A DNA stretch of 64,000 nucleotides. Source: a virus. Below the pieces are notes generated by a model. It was not told where the DNA came from and ran no database searches. It saw only the letters and a list, made by a program, of their open reading frames with translations. Of the stretch, positions 31,210 to 42,124 are shown one piece after another. Made by a program: the position numbers and the translations under genes. Where the stretch lies: positions 9,240 through 73,239 of the IMG/VR virus record IMGVR_UViG_3300036945_000641. The stretch is one strand, 5' to 3'. The first letter of the stretch is position 1; the number at the start of each line of letters is the position of its first letter.

Positions 31210-33048
31210 TTATACCTCTATTTGTGAAATGTTATTACGTTTCAACACATTTACTTTTTCCAGTAGTGGATGTGTAAATCCGTGTGAAACAAGGAAAGTA
31301 TTTAAATGCTCTTCACGCAATAATACTTCTACTAGTTTTTCTTTACCGTCAACATCTAATGTTTCGACAGTTTCATCTAGTATCAATAGATTAATTCTTG
31401 AACTAGACAGTGTTTGCATTAGCTTTCGGATAGCTAATAGTGTTGCTACGTTAACTCGAGCTTTTTCGCCGCCTGATAGCGCTAAGATTTCAATGTCTTT
31501 GCCATTATCAGTAATAACTACATTTAATTTATCACTAGCACTAACTTTAAATCCTATTTGGAATCTGCCGTCAGATAGGTCAATTAAATACTTATTAGTA
31601 ATTTCTTCTAAGTCTTTTACTAAACACTCGATCTTGTATGCAACTAATCCTGTAGTAGAAAATGTTTTTGTTAGTACATTTACCACAGACATTTTTTCAC
31701 TTAGTTCATGCAGTTTTGAACTATAAGTTTCTAGCTCAGCATTCATTTCTGTTAGTTGACTACTAATAGTATCAACCTTAGAGTTATGTGCGCTGGCAGC
31801 AGCATTTTGTTTTTCAGCTTGAGCAATTGCAGTCTTAAGATTAGTTAATGCAGTTTGAATTGCAGTAAACTTAGACTCAAGCTCATTTTTATCTAATAAA
31901 TCTTCTTGTAACTCAGTATTGATTAACTGATGATACTTTTCCCACTCATCACGGGCTTTATTAGCTGATTCCCATGTATTTGTTTTAGTGTTAAACTCTT
32001 GCTTAATTAACTCTATTTCTTTAAGTCTAGTATTAATTGATGCTATTTTTAAACTTGATTCGCTTTTTATTGCTTGCTGTTCGGCTATAAGTGCTGCAAT
32101 TTTTTCTTCGTCAATAGGCTGTAAACAAGTAGGACAAGTCCCGTGTAGTGTACCTATCTTTTTAATAAAAGCATCTGAGTCTTTAACAGACTTGCTTAGT
32201 TCAATAGAACTAGTACTAAGCTGTCGTACTTCTGGAGTTAACGCACTAACTGTGTCTTCAGGAGCTTCTGGTATAGGGAATAGTTTAATTCTAGACTGTA
32301 TTTGCTTATAAGTATTGTTCTGAGTAATTTTCTTATTAGTGGATTCTAGTCCACGTATTTGATTGTCTAGCTCACTTGATTGTGTAACTAAGTTATCTTT
32401 AATTACAGGAACTTCACAATACTCTTTGTGAGACAAGTCCATTTTAGAATACTTGTCTAGCCAGCTATTTACAGTGTTTACTTGTGATTGTACTGCTGCA
32501 ATATCTTTGCTTAATTCTTGAGCCACTTCTTTGAAAATGTCTTGTGCTCTAGTATACTTGCCTAAATTAAGAATTTCAATAAGAAACTTTTTGCGGGCAG
32601 TATCTGCCGCAGTTAAGAATTCTAGGCTGCTAGCATTAGATTGATAAACAATTTGACTAAAGGTCTTGTGGTCAAACCCTAGAATGTCTTCAATCATTTT
32701 GTAGGTAGCAGTAGCAGTGTGTGCACTAATATCTACACCAGACTTTAGTAGTTTAACCGTTTGGCTAGTTCCACGACTAGTTTTAATTTGGTACTCAGTA
32801 TTGTCTCGTTCAAATTCAAGTTCAATACTATAGGTTTTATCTTTTACATAGCGGTTTAAAATATCCGCTTTTTTAATTGATTTGGAGTTTTTATTAAATA
32901 AGACTTCTTCAAGGATTAGGGCTATGGAGCTTTTTCCATGCCCGTTCTTTCCTACAAGCTGCGTCAGTGGCGCAGCAACAAAGTTTATTGTGTTATCTTT
33001 TCCATAGCTAAAAGCATTACTCCAACTCAGCTTTTTGATTGTTATCAT
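31210..33048 (-). CDS. D13: SbcC/Rad50-like recombination ATPase (D13)
   Basis: GKNGHGKS, CPTC hook, LSGGE, LLILDE. Confidence 0.92.
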   Translation of the reverse strand: MITIKKLSWSNAFSYGKDNTINFVAAPLTQLVGKNGHGKSSIALILEEVLFNKNSKSIKKADILNRYVKDKTYSIELEFERDNTEYQIKTSRGTSQTVKLLKSGVDISAHTATATYKMIEDILGFDHKTFSQIVYQSNASSLEFLTAADTARKKFLIEILNLGKYTRAQDIFKEVAQELSKDIAAVQSQVNTVNSWLDKYSKMDLSHKEYCEVPVIKDNLVTQSSELDNQIRGLESTNKKITQNNTYKQIQSRIKLFPIPEAPEDTVSALTPEVRQLSTSSIELSKSVKDSDAFIKKIGTLHGTCPTCLQPIDEEKIAALIAEQQAIKSESSLKIASINTRLKEIELIKQEFNTKTNTWESANKARDEWEKYHQLINTELQEDLLDKNELESKFTAIQTALTNLKTAIAQAEKQNAAASAHNSKVDTISSQLTEMNAELETYSSKLHELSEKMSVVNVLTKTFSTTGLVAYKIECLVKDLEEITNKYLIDLSDGRFQIGFKVSASDKLNVVITDNGKDIEILALSGGEKARVNVATLLAIRKLMQTLSSSRINLLILDETVETLDVDGKEKLVEVLLREEHLNTFLVSHGFTHPLLEKVNVLKRNNISQIEV

Positions 33049-33295
33049 GTTCTAGTAGTCTTTTCTTTAATTCGTGTAAACCGCCAAGTAGTTCTCCGTT
33101 CAAGAATATTTGCGGCACACTACGTGCGTTAGGAATTTTAGCCATTAAGTCTTTTTTACTATAACCATTAATCCCTATCATACGTTCAGTATAACTAATT
33201 GATCTTTGATCTAATAATCGTTTTGCTTCTGTGCAGGCGGGGCAGTTAGCCTGCGACCAAACTTCTGCACTAAGATGATTCAATTTTTTCTGCAT
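33017..33295 (-). CDS. glutaredoxin
   Basis: CPAC, ARSVPQIF, GG. Confidence 0.85.
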   Translation of the reverse strand: MQKKLNHLSAEVWSQANCPACTEAKRLLDQRSISYTERMIGINGYSKKDLMAKIPNARSVPQIFLNGELLGGLHELKKRLLEHDNNQKAELE

Positions 33296-34232
33296 AATTT
33301 TGCATTTCCTTTAAAACAGCGTCTACAGTTTGATCTGGCAATTCTAGGATATAGGTTAAGTACTCTTTTACTTCTTCTGTTAGGCTCATTTCAGGGTCTA
33401 ACATCAGCGCACTATCAGTATCTCGTTTAATAACTTTGCGATCAATTAAGTCGGAGTCTTCGAGTTCACCAAGTTCGTGCATATCACCCTCAACTTGGTA
33501 AATGGTATGGTCATAATCTGTTGCTGGTTTAGGGTCTGAGACTCCAACGGTTTTACGGATAAGCTGAGGTAAGTTGAATTTGAGCCATACGTGATCCATA
33601 GTAGTGTTATCAAGCAAGATAGCTCCAGTGTCCACGGAACTTCTATGAAAGCTAGTAGTATAAGGACTACCTGGATACAGAATATTAAGTTGCGAATTCT
33701 CATAACTATGCAAGTCTCCTGCTAGTACAATATCCCAGCGGCTAAACAAACTTAGGTCAACTTCTGGCTTAACGTGTGGTGGAATTTCTCCACGAACGTG
33801 AGTGCATAGAATCTTTCCATGAAACTGTCTAGGTTCTTTTTCAAACTCTTTTAGTTTATTATACGGAATAATATCAATGTCTGCTGATTTAATACACCAG
33901 AATTCGTCAATAACTTCAACTAGTGGGTTTAGTCGGTTAGTTGACTTTTTAAGGTTTGTTAAGAAAGTTGTTTCTTTCTTTAGCATTTCGTGATTGCCAG
34001 GATATATAATAGTAGGTTTAGTAAAACTAGCTACAAAGTCAAAATATAACTCAACTTCATCCATTGTGGGTAGTCTGTCAAAAACGTCCCCACCAACAAT
34101 TACTAAATCAGCTTGCTCCTGCATTTGCTGAAATTGCTCAACAAATAAATGAAAACGATTTTTTGCCCACTCAATAGGTACGTTTTTCTGACCTAGTTTT
34201 ATATGTACATCAGCTGTGAATAGTATTTTCAT
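33270..34232 (-). CDS. D12: SbcD/Mre11-like nuclease (D12)
   Basis: ADVH, GGDVFD, GNHE, GDLH, YPGS. Confidence 0.92.
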   Translation of the reverse strand: MKILFTADVHIKLGQKNVPIEWAKNRFHLFVEQFQQMQEQADLVIVGGDVFDRLPTMDEVELYFDFVASFTKPTIIYPGNHEMLKKETTFLTNLKKSTNRLNPLVEVIDEFWCIKSADIDIIPYNKLKEFEKEPRQFHGKILCTHVRGEIPPHVKPEVDLSLFSRWDIVLAGDLHSYENSQLNILYPGSPYTTSFHRSSVDTGAILLDNTTMDHVWLKFNLPQLIRKTVGVSDPKPATDYDHTIYQVEGDMHELGELEDSDLIDRKVIKRDTDSALMLDPEMSLTEEVKEYLTYILELPDQTVDAVLKEMQNYAEKIESS

Positions 34233-34243
34233 ATTTTATAGAC

Positions 34244-34279
34244 AAAATAGCCCGCAAAGCGTTTAGTCTTGCGGGCTAT
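34244..34279 (-). terminator. Rho-independent terminator
   Basis: atagcccgcaa stem with U-tract on minus strand. Confidence 0.75.
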
Positions 34280-34284
34280 AAAGT

Positions 34285-34929
34285 TTAACCTAAGTCTTTA
34301 ACAGCTTCTTGTTCTGCTGCAGAACCGCCGTCTTCACTCTCATCACTGTTAGTAGTGATTTTTGTTAATAGAGCCAACACTTCATCTTCTGTTGGGCGAG
34401 TGTACTTTTCATCAATTGATTTAGATGCAGCAACCAATTCACGCTCTGCATCTGATAGTGCACGAGTTTTGCAACGCAATACCTGCAACTGATACTCAAC
34501 GTTATAAGCTAATGGGCCTGTCTTAACTCGTTTGAAAACAACGTCCCAACCGGTATCCAAATCTGTAGGATCACCCAAGTCTTCGGCTGCTGTCAAAATT
34601 TGTTCAAATAGTTTTTTCTTTAAGTTAAGGGCTTTAACCTTACCATCCTTAGGGTCAATACAGTTAACTGTGTATGACCAGCTGCACTTTAGATCTGGGA
34701 AATACTCAGGCACATGATCTTTTTCTAGATTGTCAAACTTTTCTTTATCGCGGCTAAATGCCAAGCACTCCACAGGAATGTCTTTGTTATTAGAGCCTTT
34801 CAACCAGTAAATATAGCGGGGAAGAACTCCACCAACTAAACGCACTGTATTTTCGCCGTCTTTGTATTCATAAGACTCGACTTTGTTTGATTGTGCTTTG
34901 CCTTTTGTATTTTTGAAGCTAATTGCCAT
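34285..34929 (-). CDS. D11: ssDNA-binding protein (T5 D11-like)
   Basis: GENTVRLVGGVLPRYIYW, LGDPTD, acidic tail. Confidence 0.85.
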   Translation of the reverse strand: MAISFKNTKGKAQSNKVESYEYKDGENTVRLVGGVLPRYIYWLKGSNNKDIPVECLAFSRDKEKFDNLEKDHVPEYFPDLKCSWSYTVNCIDPKDGKVKALNLKKKLFEQILTAAEDLGDPTDLDTGWDVVFKRVKTGPLAYNVEYQLQVLRCKTRALSDAERELVAASKSIDEKYTRPTEDEVLALLTKITTNSDESEDGGSAAEQEAVKDLG

Positions 34930-34931
34930 TT

Positions 34932-35324
34932 TTAATTTTCCTCGTACTTGAAGTATATTTTGTTTTGTGTTATAGTGATTAGTGGGTTTGTTTTTATGTT
35001 ATCTAGATCAATATCCTTGAAATATGATAGGTCTAAGTATTTTACGTTATATAGCTTATATGCGCTATAATCTCGTCTACCCGCTAACTGTATATATTGT
35101 GATTTATAAATTATATCCGTTATATTATCAGCAAAAAACCCATCAGGGTTGATTAGATAACTATTACCAATTAAATTACGAATAGGTTTTACTTTTGAGT
35201 AACCGTTTTTAGGCATTTGTTTTTTGGTATAAAACAAGCGAAGCTTTTCAACCATTTGTTTAGGATTTCCTAAGGTTTCTGCTTCTAATATCTCAAGGTT
35301 AAAGAAAAGTATCATATTCGACAA
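34932..35324 (-). CDS. conserved T5-like hypothetical protein
   Basis: Position between D10 and D11; YIQLAGRR motif. Confidence 0.6.
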   Translation of the reverse strand: MSNMILFFNLEILEAETLGNPKQMVEKLRLFYTKKQMPKNGYSKVKPIRNLIGNSYLINPDGFFADNITDIIYKSQYIQLAGRRDYSAYKLYNVKYLDLSYFKDIDLDNIKTNPLITITQNKIYFKYEEN

Positions 35325-35334
35325 CTTAAAGTAT

Positions 35335-35363
35335 ATTATATCAGTTTAACAAGCCATTGGCAA
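35335..35363 (-). promoter_or_regulatory. sigma70 promoter
   Basis: TTGCCA-17-TATAAT. Confidence 0.75.
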
Positions 35364-35373
35364 GTTAAAATTT

Positions 35374-36669
35374 TTATATGGTAGTTATTTGCCAGCCTTT
35401 ACGCATATAAAGGCCAAGCCTATCGTTATTTTGTTTTTTATCGGCGTATCCAGCAAAGTTAATATCCACTACTAACGGATTTAACTTTCCCTCAGAAATT
35501 CGTTGAATCCTGCCTACAATTTGTTCTAGCAAACTGTCGTTACTCATGGGTGCTGCTAAGATAACACAACTAAGCGTGTTAATAGATATGCCTTCTGAGA
35601 AGATTTGCCTTGACCCTGCAATGGCTCTTTTTTCTCCTGACAGGACTTGTTGTTTAATGAGCTGTCGCTCTTCAAAGTCTGTGTCGCCTGTAACAACCGC
35701 GCAATCTTCACCAATGTATTCCTTAACTTTATGTAGAAATTCAACTCGGTCAGCAATAACTAAAACCGAGTGCCCTTGCTGAATATGCATTTTTGCAATA
35801 TCAGCAATAAATAACCTGTACTTTTCAGACTCTAGCAGTTCGCTTACTTTCTCCACCCACGGTACGCCTGGCTTTAGCGTAATTCCTGACTTAACAATGT
35901 GTACTGTAGGAGTAAGTGTATTAGACTGTGGAGGTTTATATACCAGTGGACCAAAATAGTCACCAAATAATATATGTTTGCCGTCTTTGCGTATCATTGT
36001 TCCCGACAAGGCAATCCTGTATCTGGCATGGAAACAGTCAATAGTTGATGCAAATGTAGTGGCAGGACAGTGGTGGGCTTCGTCCAAGATAATAGTTCCA
36101 AACTCTTTTGCAAGCTCGGCTGTGTGTTTGACCAATGTCTGGATATTTGCAACCGTGATAAAGTGGTCGGCGTAGTCCATTCGTCCACCACCAATAACGC
36201 CAGGCTGAGTCCCGAATAGGACTTCGATTTCTTCACACCACTGGTCTCGTAAGGCTGCGGTGTGCGTGATAACAAGAGTTTTTTGACCAAATTTGTGTGC
36301 CAAGTGTAGTGCGGTAAAGGTCTTACCCCATCCAACCAGCGCATTAATGAAACAAGTGTCGTCAATTGGGTCATATACTACCTGTTGTTCTGGTCTTAGC
36401 GGAAATTTAGGGTCTGGGAAAGGTACGCTCTCCAATACTCGTTTATCAATGATTTCATACTCATCAGGAATTAAGTCTAGCCTACCTTGTGGTATTGATA
36501 GAATTCCTTTAGGCAGTACCTTGTAGTTTTTAATAGTTTCAACTGTTGCAAACTTCTTTGAACCAGTATCTTTTTTGATTTTATATGTTAATTCTTTAAT
36601 AATATGCTTAGTGTGTTCTACACCAGGATTATCCATATAAATTCTATTTGATATTATTGCTTTAGGCAC
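35374..36669 (-). CDS. D10: SF2 helicase (T5 D10-like)
   Basis: GWGKT, DEAH, SGT, QIVGRIQR. Confidence 0.92.
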   Translation of the reverse strand: MPKAIISNRIYMDNPGVEHTKHIIKELTYKIKKDTGSKKFATVETIKNYKVLPKGILSIPQGRLDLIPDEYEIIDKRVLESVPFPDPKFPLRPEQQVVYDPIDDTCFINALVGWGKTFTALHLAHKFGQKTLVITHTAALRDQWCEEIEVLFGTQPGVIGGGRMDYADHFITVANIQTLVKHTAELAKEFGTIILDEAHHCPATTFASTIDCFHARYRIALSGTMIRKDGKHILFGDYFGPLVYKPPQSNTLTPTVHIVKSGITLKPGVPWVEKVSELLESEKYRLFIADIAKMHIQQGHSVLVIADRVEFLHKVKEYIGEDCAVVTGDTDFEERQLIKQQVLSGEKRAIAGSRQIFSEGISINTLSCVILAAPMSNDSLLEQIVGRIQRISEGKLNPLVVDINFAGYADKKQNNDRLGLYMRKGWQITTI

Positions 36670-37241
36670 TATACTAATCTCCAGCTATCTTTTCTAGTAG
36701 TTTCGCTCAATCCGTATAAAATATACATTCGGTTTATTACTAGAAAAACTGCATATTGATGAAAGTCTTGTGGTCGTTGAAGGCTTTTGAATCTTTGAGA
36801 TAAGCCTTCAACTTCTAATACACACCCTACACCATCAGCAGGTAAAACTTGTTTAATCTTTTTTGTTGTGAGTTTGGCGCGTGTGTATTTTTTCCACTGA
36901 AATACCTTGCCACTATTATCTATAAACCAGGTGGTTGCTTTGGCAAGTTTTATCAAATCAGCTAAAAAATATATTGCAGTTGATATTTTATGTAAGGTTA
37001 CTTCGGGGTCTTTTTGTAGTGCAAGTCTACGGAGTCCCAGAGTTTTTTGTGGCAGTGATTTATCATCTACTAGTTTAAGGTTTAAGCTAGTGTTATTAAT
37101 TTCATCTAAATATTCTGTATGAAAAAACACCAAACCATTTTCATGGCTTGGTTGCTTTTCACTTAGTTTAAATACGGGCCATGTTATCGCCTGTAACGCC
37201 GTAAACTTCGTCGAAGTGTCCAAAGCTATAGTCATCCCCAA
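36669..37241 (-). CDS. conserved T5-like hypothetical protein
   Basis: Between pol and D10; KTLGLRRL, FIDNSGKVF. Confidence 0.65.
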   Translation of the reverse strand: MGMTIALDTSTKFTALQAITWPVFKLSEKQPSHENGLVFFHTEYLDEINNTSLNLKLVDDKSLPQKTLGLRRLALQKDPEVTLHKISTAIYFLADLIKLAKATTWFIDNSGKVFQWKKYTRAKLTTKKIKQVLPADGVGCVLEVEGLSQRFKSLQRPQDFHQYAVFLVINRMYILYGLSETTRKDSWRLV

Positions 37242-39450
37242 TATCCTGATCTACACCAATAGGAGTGTTAGGAATCTCACATCCCCACTGATGTTGTGTG
37301 TTACGCTTTAGAATCTCACAATATTCTTCGACTTGCTCTTCTTTAACTAGTGCTACAACTGAGTCATGTACTAGCATAAAGATATTTGCATCTAGACCTT
37401 TGGCTTTGATTTCATTTGCTGTTCGCATTGCGCCAAGCAAGTTAACATCGGATGCAAGACTTTGTACTTCGGCATTGATACCACTACGAACTTCGTGTGC
37501 GGCAATTCCTTTGTCCGTACTAAATACGTTGGGTAATCTGCGCTTGCGACCAAAGAATGAGTATGTGTATCCATTGGCTTCAATAAATGTTTTGCGATCA
37601 TCTAACCACTTTTTCAGCTTGTTGAATTTATTAAAGTAAGCCTTAATATCTTCGCGAGCTTGTTCAACTGGATAGGGCTGACCTGTGGCTTTACTAACAG
37701 TTTGCGACACTTTATTAGCACCTGAGCCATACAAAATACCAAAAGAGATAGCCTTAGCACTTTGACGCATACTGCCGTAGTTCTTTTTAACTTCTTCAAC
37801 AGGGCCAGGTAGTGCAAATACCATTTTAGCAATTGTTGAGTGAAAGTCGCCACCGCTAGAGAATACTTGTTGAAGGTTCTTGTCTCCACTTAGTACAGCT
37901 GCATAATACATTTCTGCTGTAGTCAAGTCTTGCGATACTATCTTATATCCCACTGGGGCAACCAAGCAACCTTTGATAATTGGGTTATCTCGTGGAATTT
38001 GCTGTGCATTAAATTTACCTGAACTAGACAAACGCCCAGATGTGGTAAAGATAAGGTTAAAGTTTGTACGAATTCGGCCATCTTTGTCTAACTCAGGTAA
38101 AATTTTACTAATATAAGTGTTTTGAATCTTGCCTAGCTGACGCACTTTTAAAATGGCTGCTGGCAATGGGTGCTGTTCTGATAGCTGCTCTAGTACTTCT
38201 GCATCAGTTGAGATTGCCCCTGTGGCTGTCTTTTTTCCAGTAGACTGTAGACCAAGATAGTCAAACAATACAACACGTAGTTGTAGAACACTGTTAGGAT
38301 TAAAAATCTTGCCAGTGTCTTTTTCAAATTGTTTGACTGCCTCAAAGCCGTAGACTACTTCTTTGGCTTCAGCAATTTGTTCGTCTAAGTACTTATTAGC
38401 AGCAGCCATACGCTCGCGGCTGACAGGAATACCAACTTCTTCCATGTCCATTAGGAACAGTGTACCTGGAATCAGGATTTCTTCATAAACTTTACGTAAC
38501 TTGTCATTTTTCTGAACGATTGGCCAAAATTTGTGGAATAGGTCAAAGGTGACGGCGGTATCAATCGAAGCGTAGCGACTAATAGTGTCAAACGGAATAA
38601 GGTCATATGTAAAATCGTCCTGAAGAATACCGTTGGCAGAACAATACTCTTTCTTAAAATCATCTAGCTCTGAGTCATAGTCGCCGTAATCTGTGTACTT
38701 TAGGGCCAACTGTTTTAAACCATGACTATCTGTTTCGTCTAGCACATAGTGCATAACCATTGTATCGTGTACTCGACTACGATTAAAGTCAATGTCTAGA
38801 TGATACTTAATCATCTTGTAGTCAAACTTCATGTTGTGAAAAACTGTGTAGAAGTCTTGAGAAATTTTGCGTAACAAGTCAATACACTGTTCATCCAAGC
38901 AATCCGTCATAATATAACGGCCTTGGTGAGTCTTGTATGTTAGTGAAACGCCAAGCACATAACCGTCTCGTGGATATAGTGCTGTTGTTTCCGTGTCCCA
39001 TGCAACAAAGCCTTGAGCATTTGCAAGAATTTCTTGCAAGTATGCTTTAGCTTCGGCAGTGTCGCTGATACCTTTATAGTCGCCAGCAGTCATAGGCTTT
39101 AGTTCGCCTGCAATGTATTTGTGAATTTTGTCACAAGCACGTTGAAAGTCTGGTTTACCTTCTGGCTTAAAACTCAACATAGCTGGATTTGAGATAGCAA
39201 TGAACTTGTCATTTACTAGCTGCCCAGCCATGTTAGTTACACTAGTAATTTTACCATATTCTTTGGCGGCTTCTGCACCTACTAGAATTACTAAATCATA
39301 CTCATCGAGGTCAACTTCTAAGTCAACATCTTTCTTCAAGAGTTTAGTAATAGGAACTGAACTCATGTGGTAATGATCGTACTCAAACTGAAAATACTCA
39401 GAATAACGGGTACGATTTGGGGCTTTGTCAATTAACGCAATTTTCTTCAT
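37168..39450 (-). CDS. DNA polymerase family A
   Basis: DTETT exonuclease motif, TTSGRLSS, RQSAKAISFGILYG, LVHDS. Confidence 0.95.
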   Translation of the reverse strand: MKKIALIDKAPNRTRYSEYFQFEYDHYHMSSVPITKLLKKDVDLEVDLDEYDLVILVGAEAAKEYGKITSVTNMAGQLVNDKFIAISNPAMLSFKPEGKPDFQRACDKIHKYIAGELKPMTAGDYKGISDTAEAKAYLQEILANAQGFVAWDTETTALYPRDGYVLGVSLTYKTHQGRYIMTDCLDEQCIDLLRKISQDFYTVFHNMKFDYKMIKYHLDIDFNRSRVHDTMVMHYVLDETDSHGLKQLALKYTDYGDYDSELDDFKKEYCSANGILQDDFTYDLIPFDTISRYASIDTAVTFDLFHKFWPIVQKNDKLRKVYEEILIPGTLFLMDMEEVGIPVSRERMAAANKYLDEQIAEAKEVVYGFEAVKQFEKDTGKIFNPNSVLQLRVVLFDYLGLQSTGKKTATGAISTDAEVLEQLSEQHPLPAAILKVRQLGKIQNTYISKILPELDKDGRIRTNFNLIFTTSGRLSSSGKFNAQQIPRDNPIIKGCLVAPVGYKIVSQDLTTAEMYYAAVLSGDKNLQQVFSSGGDFHSTIAKMVFALPGPVEEVKKNYGSMRQSAKAISFGILYGSGANKVSQTVSKATGQPYPVEQAREDIKAYFNKFNKLKKWLDDRKTFIEANGYTYSFFGRKRRLPNVFSTDKGIAAHEVRSGINAEVQSLASDVNLLGAMRTANEIKAKGLDANIFMLVHDSVVALVKEEQVEEYCEILKRNTQHQWGCEIPNTPIGVDQDIGDDYSFGHFDEVYGVTGDNMARI

Positions 39451-39470
39451 AAAACTCTTTCTAATACTTT

Positions 39471-39499
39471 ATTATAGCGTATTTGGGCTAACAATTCAA
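39471..39499 (-). promoter_or_regulatory. sigma70 promoter
   Basis: TTGAAT-17-TATAAT. Confidence 0.75.
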
Positions 39500-39501
39500 G
39501 T

Positions 39502-40356
39502 TTATTTTGTAATATACTCGGCTGTGGAATCTACATCTTCTTGTGATAACTCGCCAGGGTCTGTTCCATCTGGTAAGTCAATAATCTCTACTACGAACTC
39601 ACATTCTTCAATTAATGGTTTAAGTGCTTTAGCTGCTTTTTGACCAGCTTCGTCACCGTCAAACATTAAATATATGTGAGTTACTCCTTGTGCTTTAAAC
39701 GGCAGTAATTTTTGTTTTGTGTTATTTTGTAGTGTGTTAGTACCAAAACAGCAGACTACGTTTTCTAAACCTTTGTCGTAAAGATTTAGCATATCAAACA
39801 TACCTTCAACTAGTACTAGGCTACTATAGCCGCTAGGTAGATGACTGGGAAATACTGGAATTTGTACACCGCTAGGGTAATTTAAATATCGGGGATTTCC
39901 ATTTGAAAGTGTGTGCCTACCCACATACACAACCGTTTTTCCAGTAATATCTTTGATGGGAAAAATGATACGATCTGCAAGTTTTTCTACTGTGTTCGTA
40001 TAGAACGCGCCAAAGTATTTAAGTGTTTTAGGGCTAATACCTCTGAACTGCTTTGTAAATGGAGTATACCCTGCTGGCAATTCCAAATCTAATCCAAAGT
40101 TTTTTAACTCTTGTAGTTTTTCTTTGAGTGCCATTATTTTCATGGGCACAGGATTTGTAAAAACCCCATAATATTTGAAAATATTTGTTTTAAAGCCGCA
40201 ACTAAAACAATGAGCAACTCCTGATACTTTGTCAACTCGAAAGCTAGGATTCGAATCCTCGTGCTCTGGGTTTAGACATTTGATTAGGTAATCACGACCT
40301 GACACACTAAATGCCAAGTTATTTTTATTTATAATGTCTAGTACTGGGTCGCTCAT
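39502..40356 (-). CDS. DNA primase
   Basis: CLNPEH...CFSC Zn finger, EGMFD, DGD TOPRIM. Confidence 0.92.
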   Translation of the reverse strand: MSDPVLDIINKNNLAFSVSGRDYLIKCLNPEHEDSNPSFRVDKVSGVAHCFSCGFKTNIFKYYGVFTNPVPMKIMALKEKLQELKNFGLDLELPAGYTPFTKQFRGISPKTLKYFGAFYTNTVEKLADRIIFPIKDITGKTVVYVGRHTLSNGNPRYLNYPSGVQIPVFPSHLPSGYSSLVLVEGMFDMLNLYDKGLENVVCCFGTNTLQNNTKQKLLPFKAQGVTHIYLMFDGDEAGQKAAKALKPLIEECEFVVEIIDLPDGTDPGELSQEDVDSTAEYITK

Positions 40357-40357
40357 A

Positions 40358-41749
40358 TCAATTCCAAGGTAAGTCTGCTGAGGTATCGTCTTGTTTTACT
40401 TTATCTAATTTTTCTTGTGCTTTGCCAGCCTTTTTAATTGGCTCTTTAGCTGTTGGCTTATCAATAGATTGTGCACTGATGCGTAAGGTGTCCCAATCAA
40501 TGGGGCTTGTAAAAGCCATTTCTTTTCCACCACGTATTTTGGTTGTTTCAAAGCTGATTGCATTTGTTTCTTTGTCATGGGCTTCCATAGTAAGAGCAAT
40601 GTCGGCTGCATCAAGAATACCCTTCGCAAAGCGGGCTTCACCGTCTTTATCAATCTGATACGGCGAAACCATAACGATTTCATACTTGCGGGCAAGGTTC
40701 TTAAGTTTCTTGGACACTTCAATCTGTGGTTTCCAATCATACTGATCGTTTCCTTCTAGGACAATTTGGTTAAGATAGTCAACTACTACTAGCTTTAGTT
40801 TATCACCAAATTTAGCTTTGGCTTTACCAATGTGCAAGTCGATTGAACTTAGGGTCAAGTCACGGTCATCAACAATAATCATTTGATTATCAGGTTTTAG
40901 ACTACAACTACGAACTAAAGTTTCTTCAAACTTGAAACGATCACGGTGTCGCATATATTCGCTTACTAAATCGCTGCTATTTTCAAACATTTCTGCTCTA
41001 GCTTTGACTACTCGTAGCAATTCGTCATCAGTAAGTTTATGCTGTTTTAAGTTTTGTAAATTAACGTTGGCTAAAATGGAAAGATTGCGTTCCATTGTTT
41101 CTTTAGCGGTCATTTCAATACTGAAATAAATACTACTGTTGCCAGATTCATACTGATTAACAAACAGATTACTACTAGCAATGGATTTGCCGGACCCACG
41201 CTTTCCCCCAATAAGTATAAGCTCTTGGCGAGCAACGCCGCCAAGCACACTATCAAAACTATTGTTAAGGCCAAGGTAAACACGTTCTTTTTCCAAATCT
41301 TCTGGGTGGCTGAACATCATCATGTCAGCCATTGTAAATACTTTTTCTGATGTATGTGTTTTTTCTTCGATTGTTAAAGCAATTGTTGCTAAACTATCTT
41401 TTATTTCATTTGTGTCGTAGAGTGGTAATTTGTCTACGAACTTATCTAATAATTTTACCGTCTCGTTCTGAGTATATTGGTCGATTAGAGCATCCAATGC
41501 TACTTCGGCTGAAACGTCTGGCACCTCGGTTAACCTGAGAGTTGCCAGTGTTTTAGACGCTGGACCCTCCCTTAAGGTTAGTTCAAGATCGTCAAATGAC
41601 GGTATAGCGCTGTACTTCTCGTAGTACTTATTAACGACGCTATACAAGGAAGAGTACGCAGGGTCTAAGAATACTAACTTGAGCTTTGACCATATATCTA
41701 GGTTTCGCTCACTTAGCAATTTATTTAAGACTACTGCACTAGTATCCAA
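40358..41749 (-). CDS. replicative DnaB-like helicase (D6)
   Basis: GKRGSGKS, FSIEM, VVDYL; TTG start. Confidence 0.9.
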   Translation of the reverse strand: MDTSAVVLNKLLSERNLDIWSKLKLVFLDPAYSSLYSVVNKYYEKYSAIPSFDDLELTLREGPASKTLATLRLTEVPDVSAEVALDALIDQYTQNETVKLLDKFVDKLPLYDTNEIKDSLATIALTIEEKTHTSEKVFTMADMMMFSHPEDLEKERVYLGLNNSFDSVLGGVARQELILIGGKRGSGKSIASSNLFVNQYESGNSSIYFSIEMTAKETMERNLSILANVNLQNLKQHKLTDDELLRVVKARAEMFENSSDLVSEYMRHRDRFKFEETLVRSCSLKPDNQMIIVDDRDLTLSSIDLHIGKAKAKFGDKLKLVVVDYLNQIVLEGNDQYDWKPQIEVSKKLKNLARKYEIVMVSPYQIDKDGEARFAKGILDAADIALTMEAHDKETNAISFETTKIRGGKEMAFTSPIDWDTLRISAQSIDKPTAKEPIKKAGKAQEKLDKVKQDDTSADLPWN

Positions 41750-41751
41750 GA

Positions 41752-42051
41752 TTACCCTACTTTCGCTTCATTGTCAATAATTACTTGGTCAATAATTTCT
41801 GTGACTTTATATAAAATTTGCTCTCGCAATTTCTTAATGTCTTGTTGGTATGCTGCGTCCCTATCATAAAGCAGGCTAAGTTGCTCATGGGTAATAAGTT
41901 GCTGCAAACCAAAGTAAATCTGGTCGTAAGCCATACTAGATTCTGGCGTTACTTCTACATTAGCCGCTTTGCCATAATTATGAATGGCTTGTTTTACGAC
42001 TTCTTCCATTGTAAAGGAGTCGTTATCGTGATATGTAATTGTTACTTTCAT
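41752..42051 (-). CDS. hypothetical protein
   Basis: 99 aa ORF with aggag RBS. Confidence 0.6.
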   Translation of the reverse strand: MKVTITYHDNDSFTMEEVVKQAIHNYGKAANVEVTPESSMAYDQIYFGLQQLITHEQLSLLYDRDAAYQQDIKKLREQILYKVTEIIDQVIIDNEAKVG

Positions 42052-42070
42052 ACTCTCGATCTCCTAAAGT

Positions 42071-42105
42071 AAAAAAGCTCGGGAGCTTTGAGGAACTCCC
42101 GAGCT
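42071..42105 (-). terminator. Rho-independent terminator
   Basis: agctcgggag stem, U6 on minus strand. Confidence 0.85.
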
Positions 42106-42124
42106 GATTGGCAATAATTGCTAA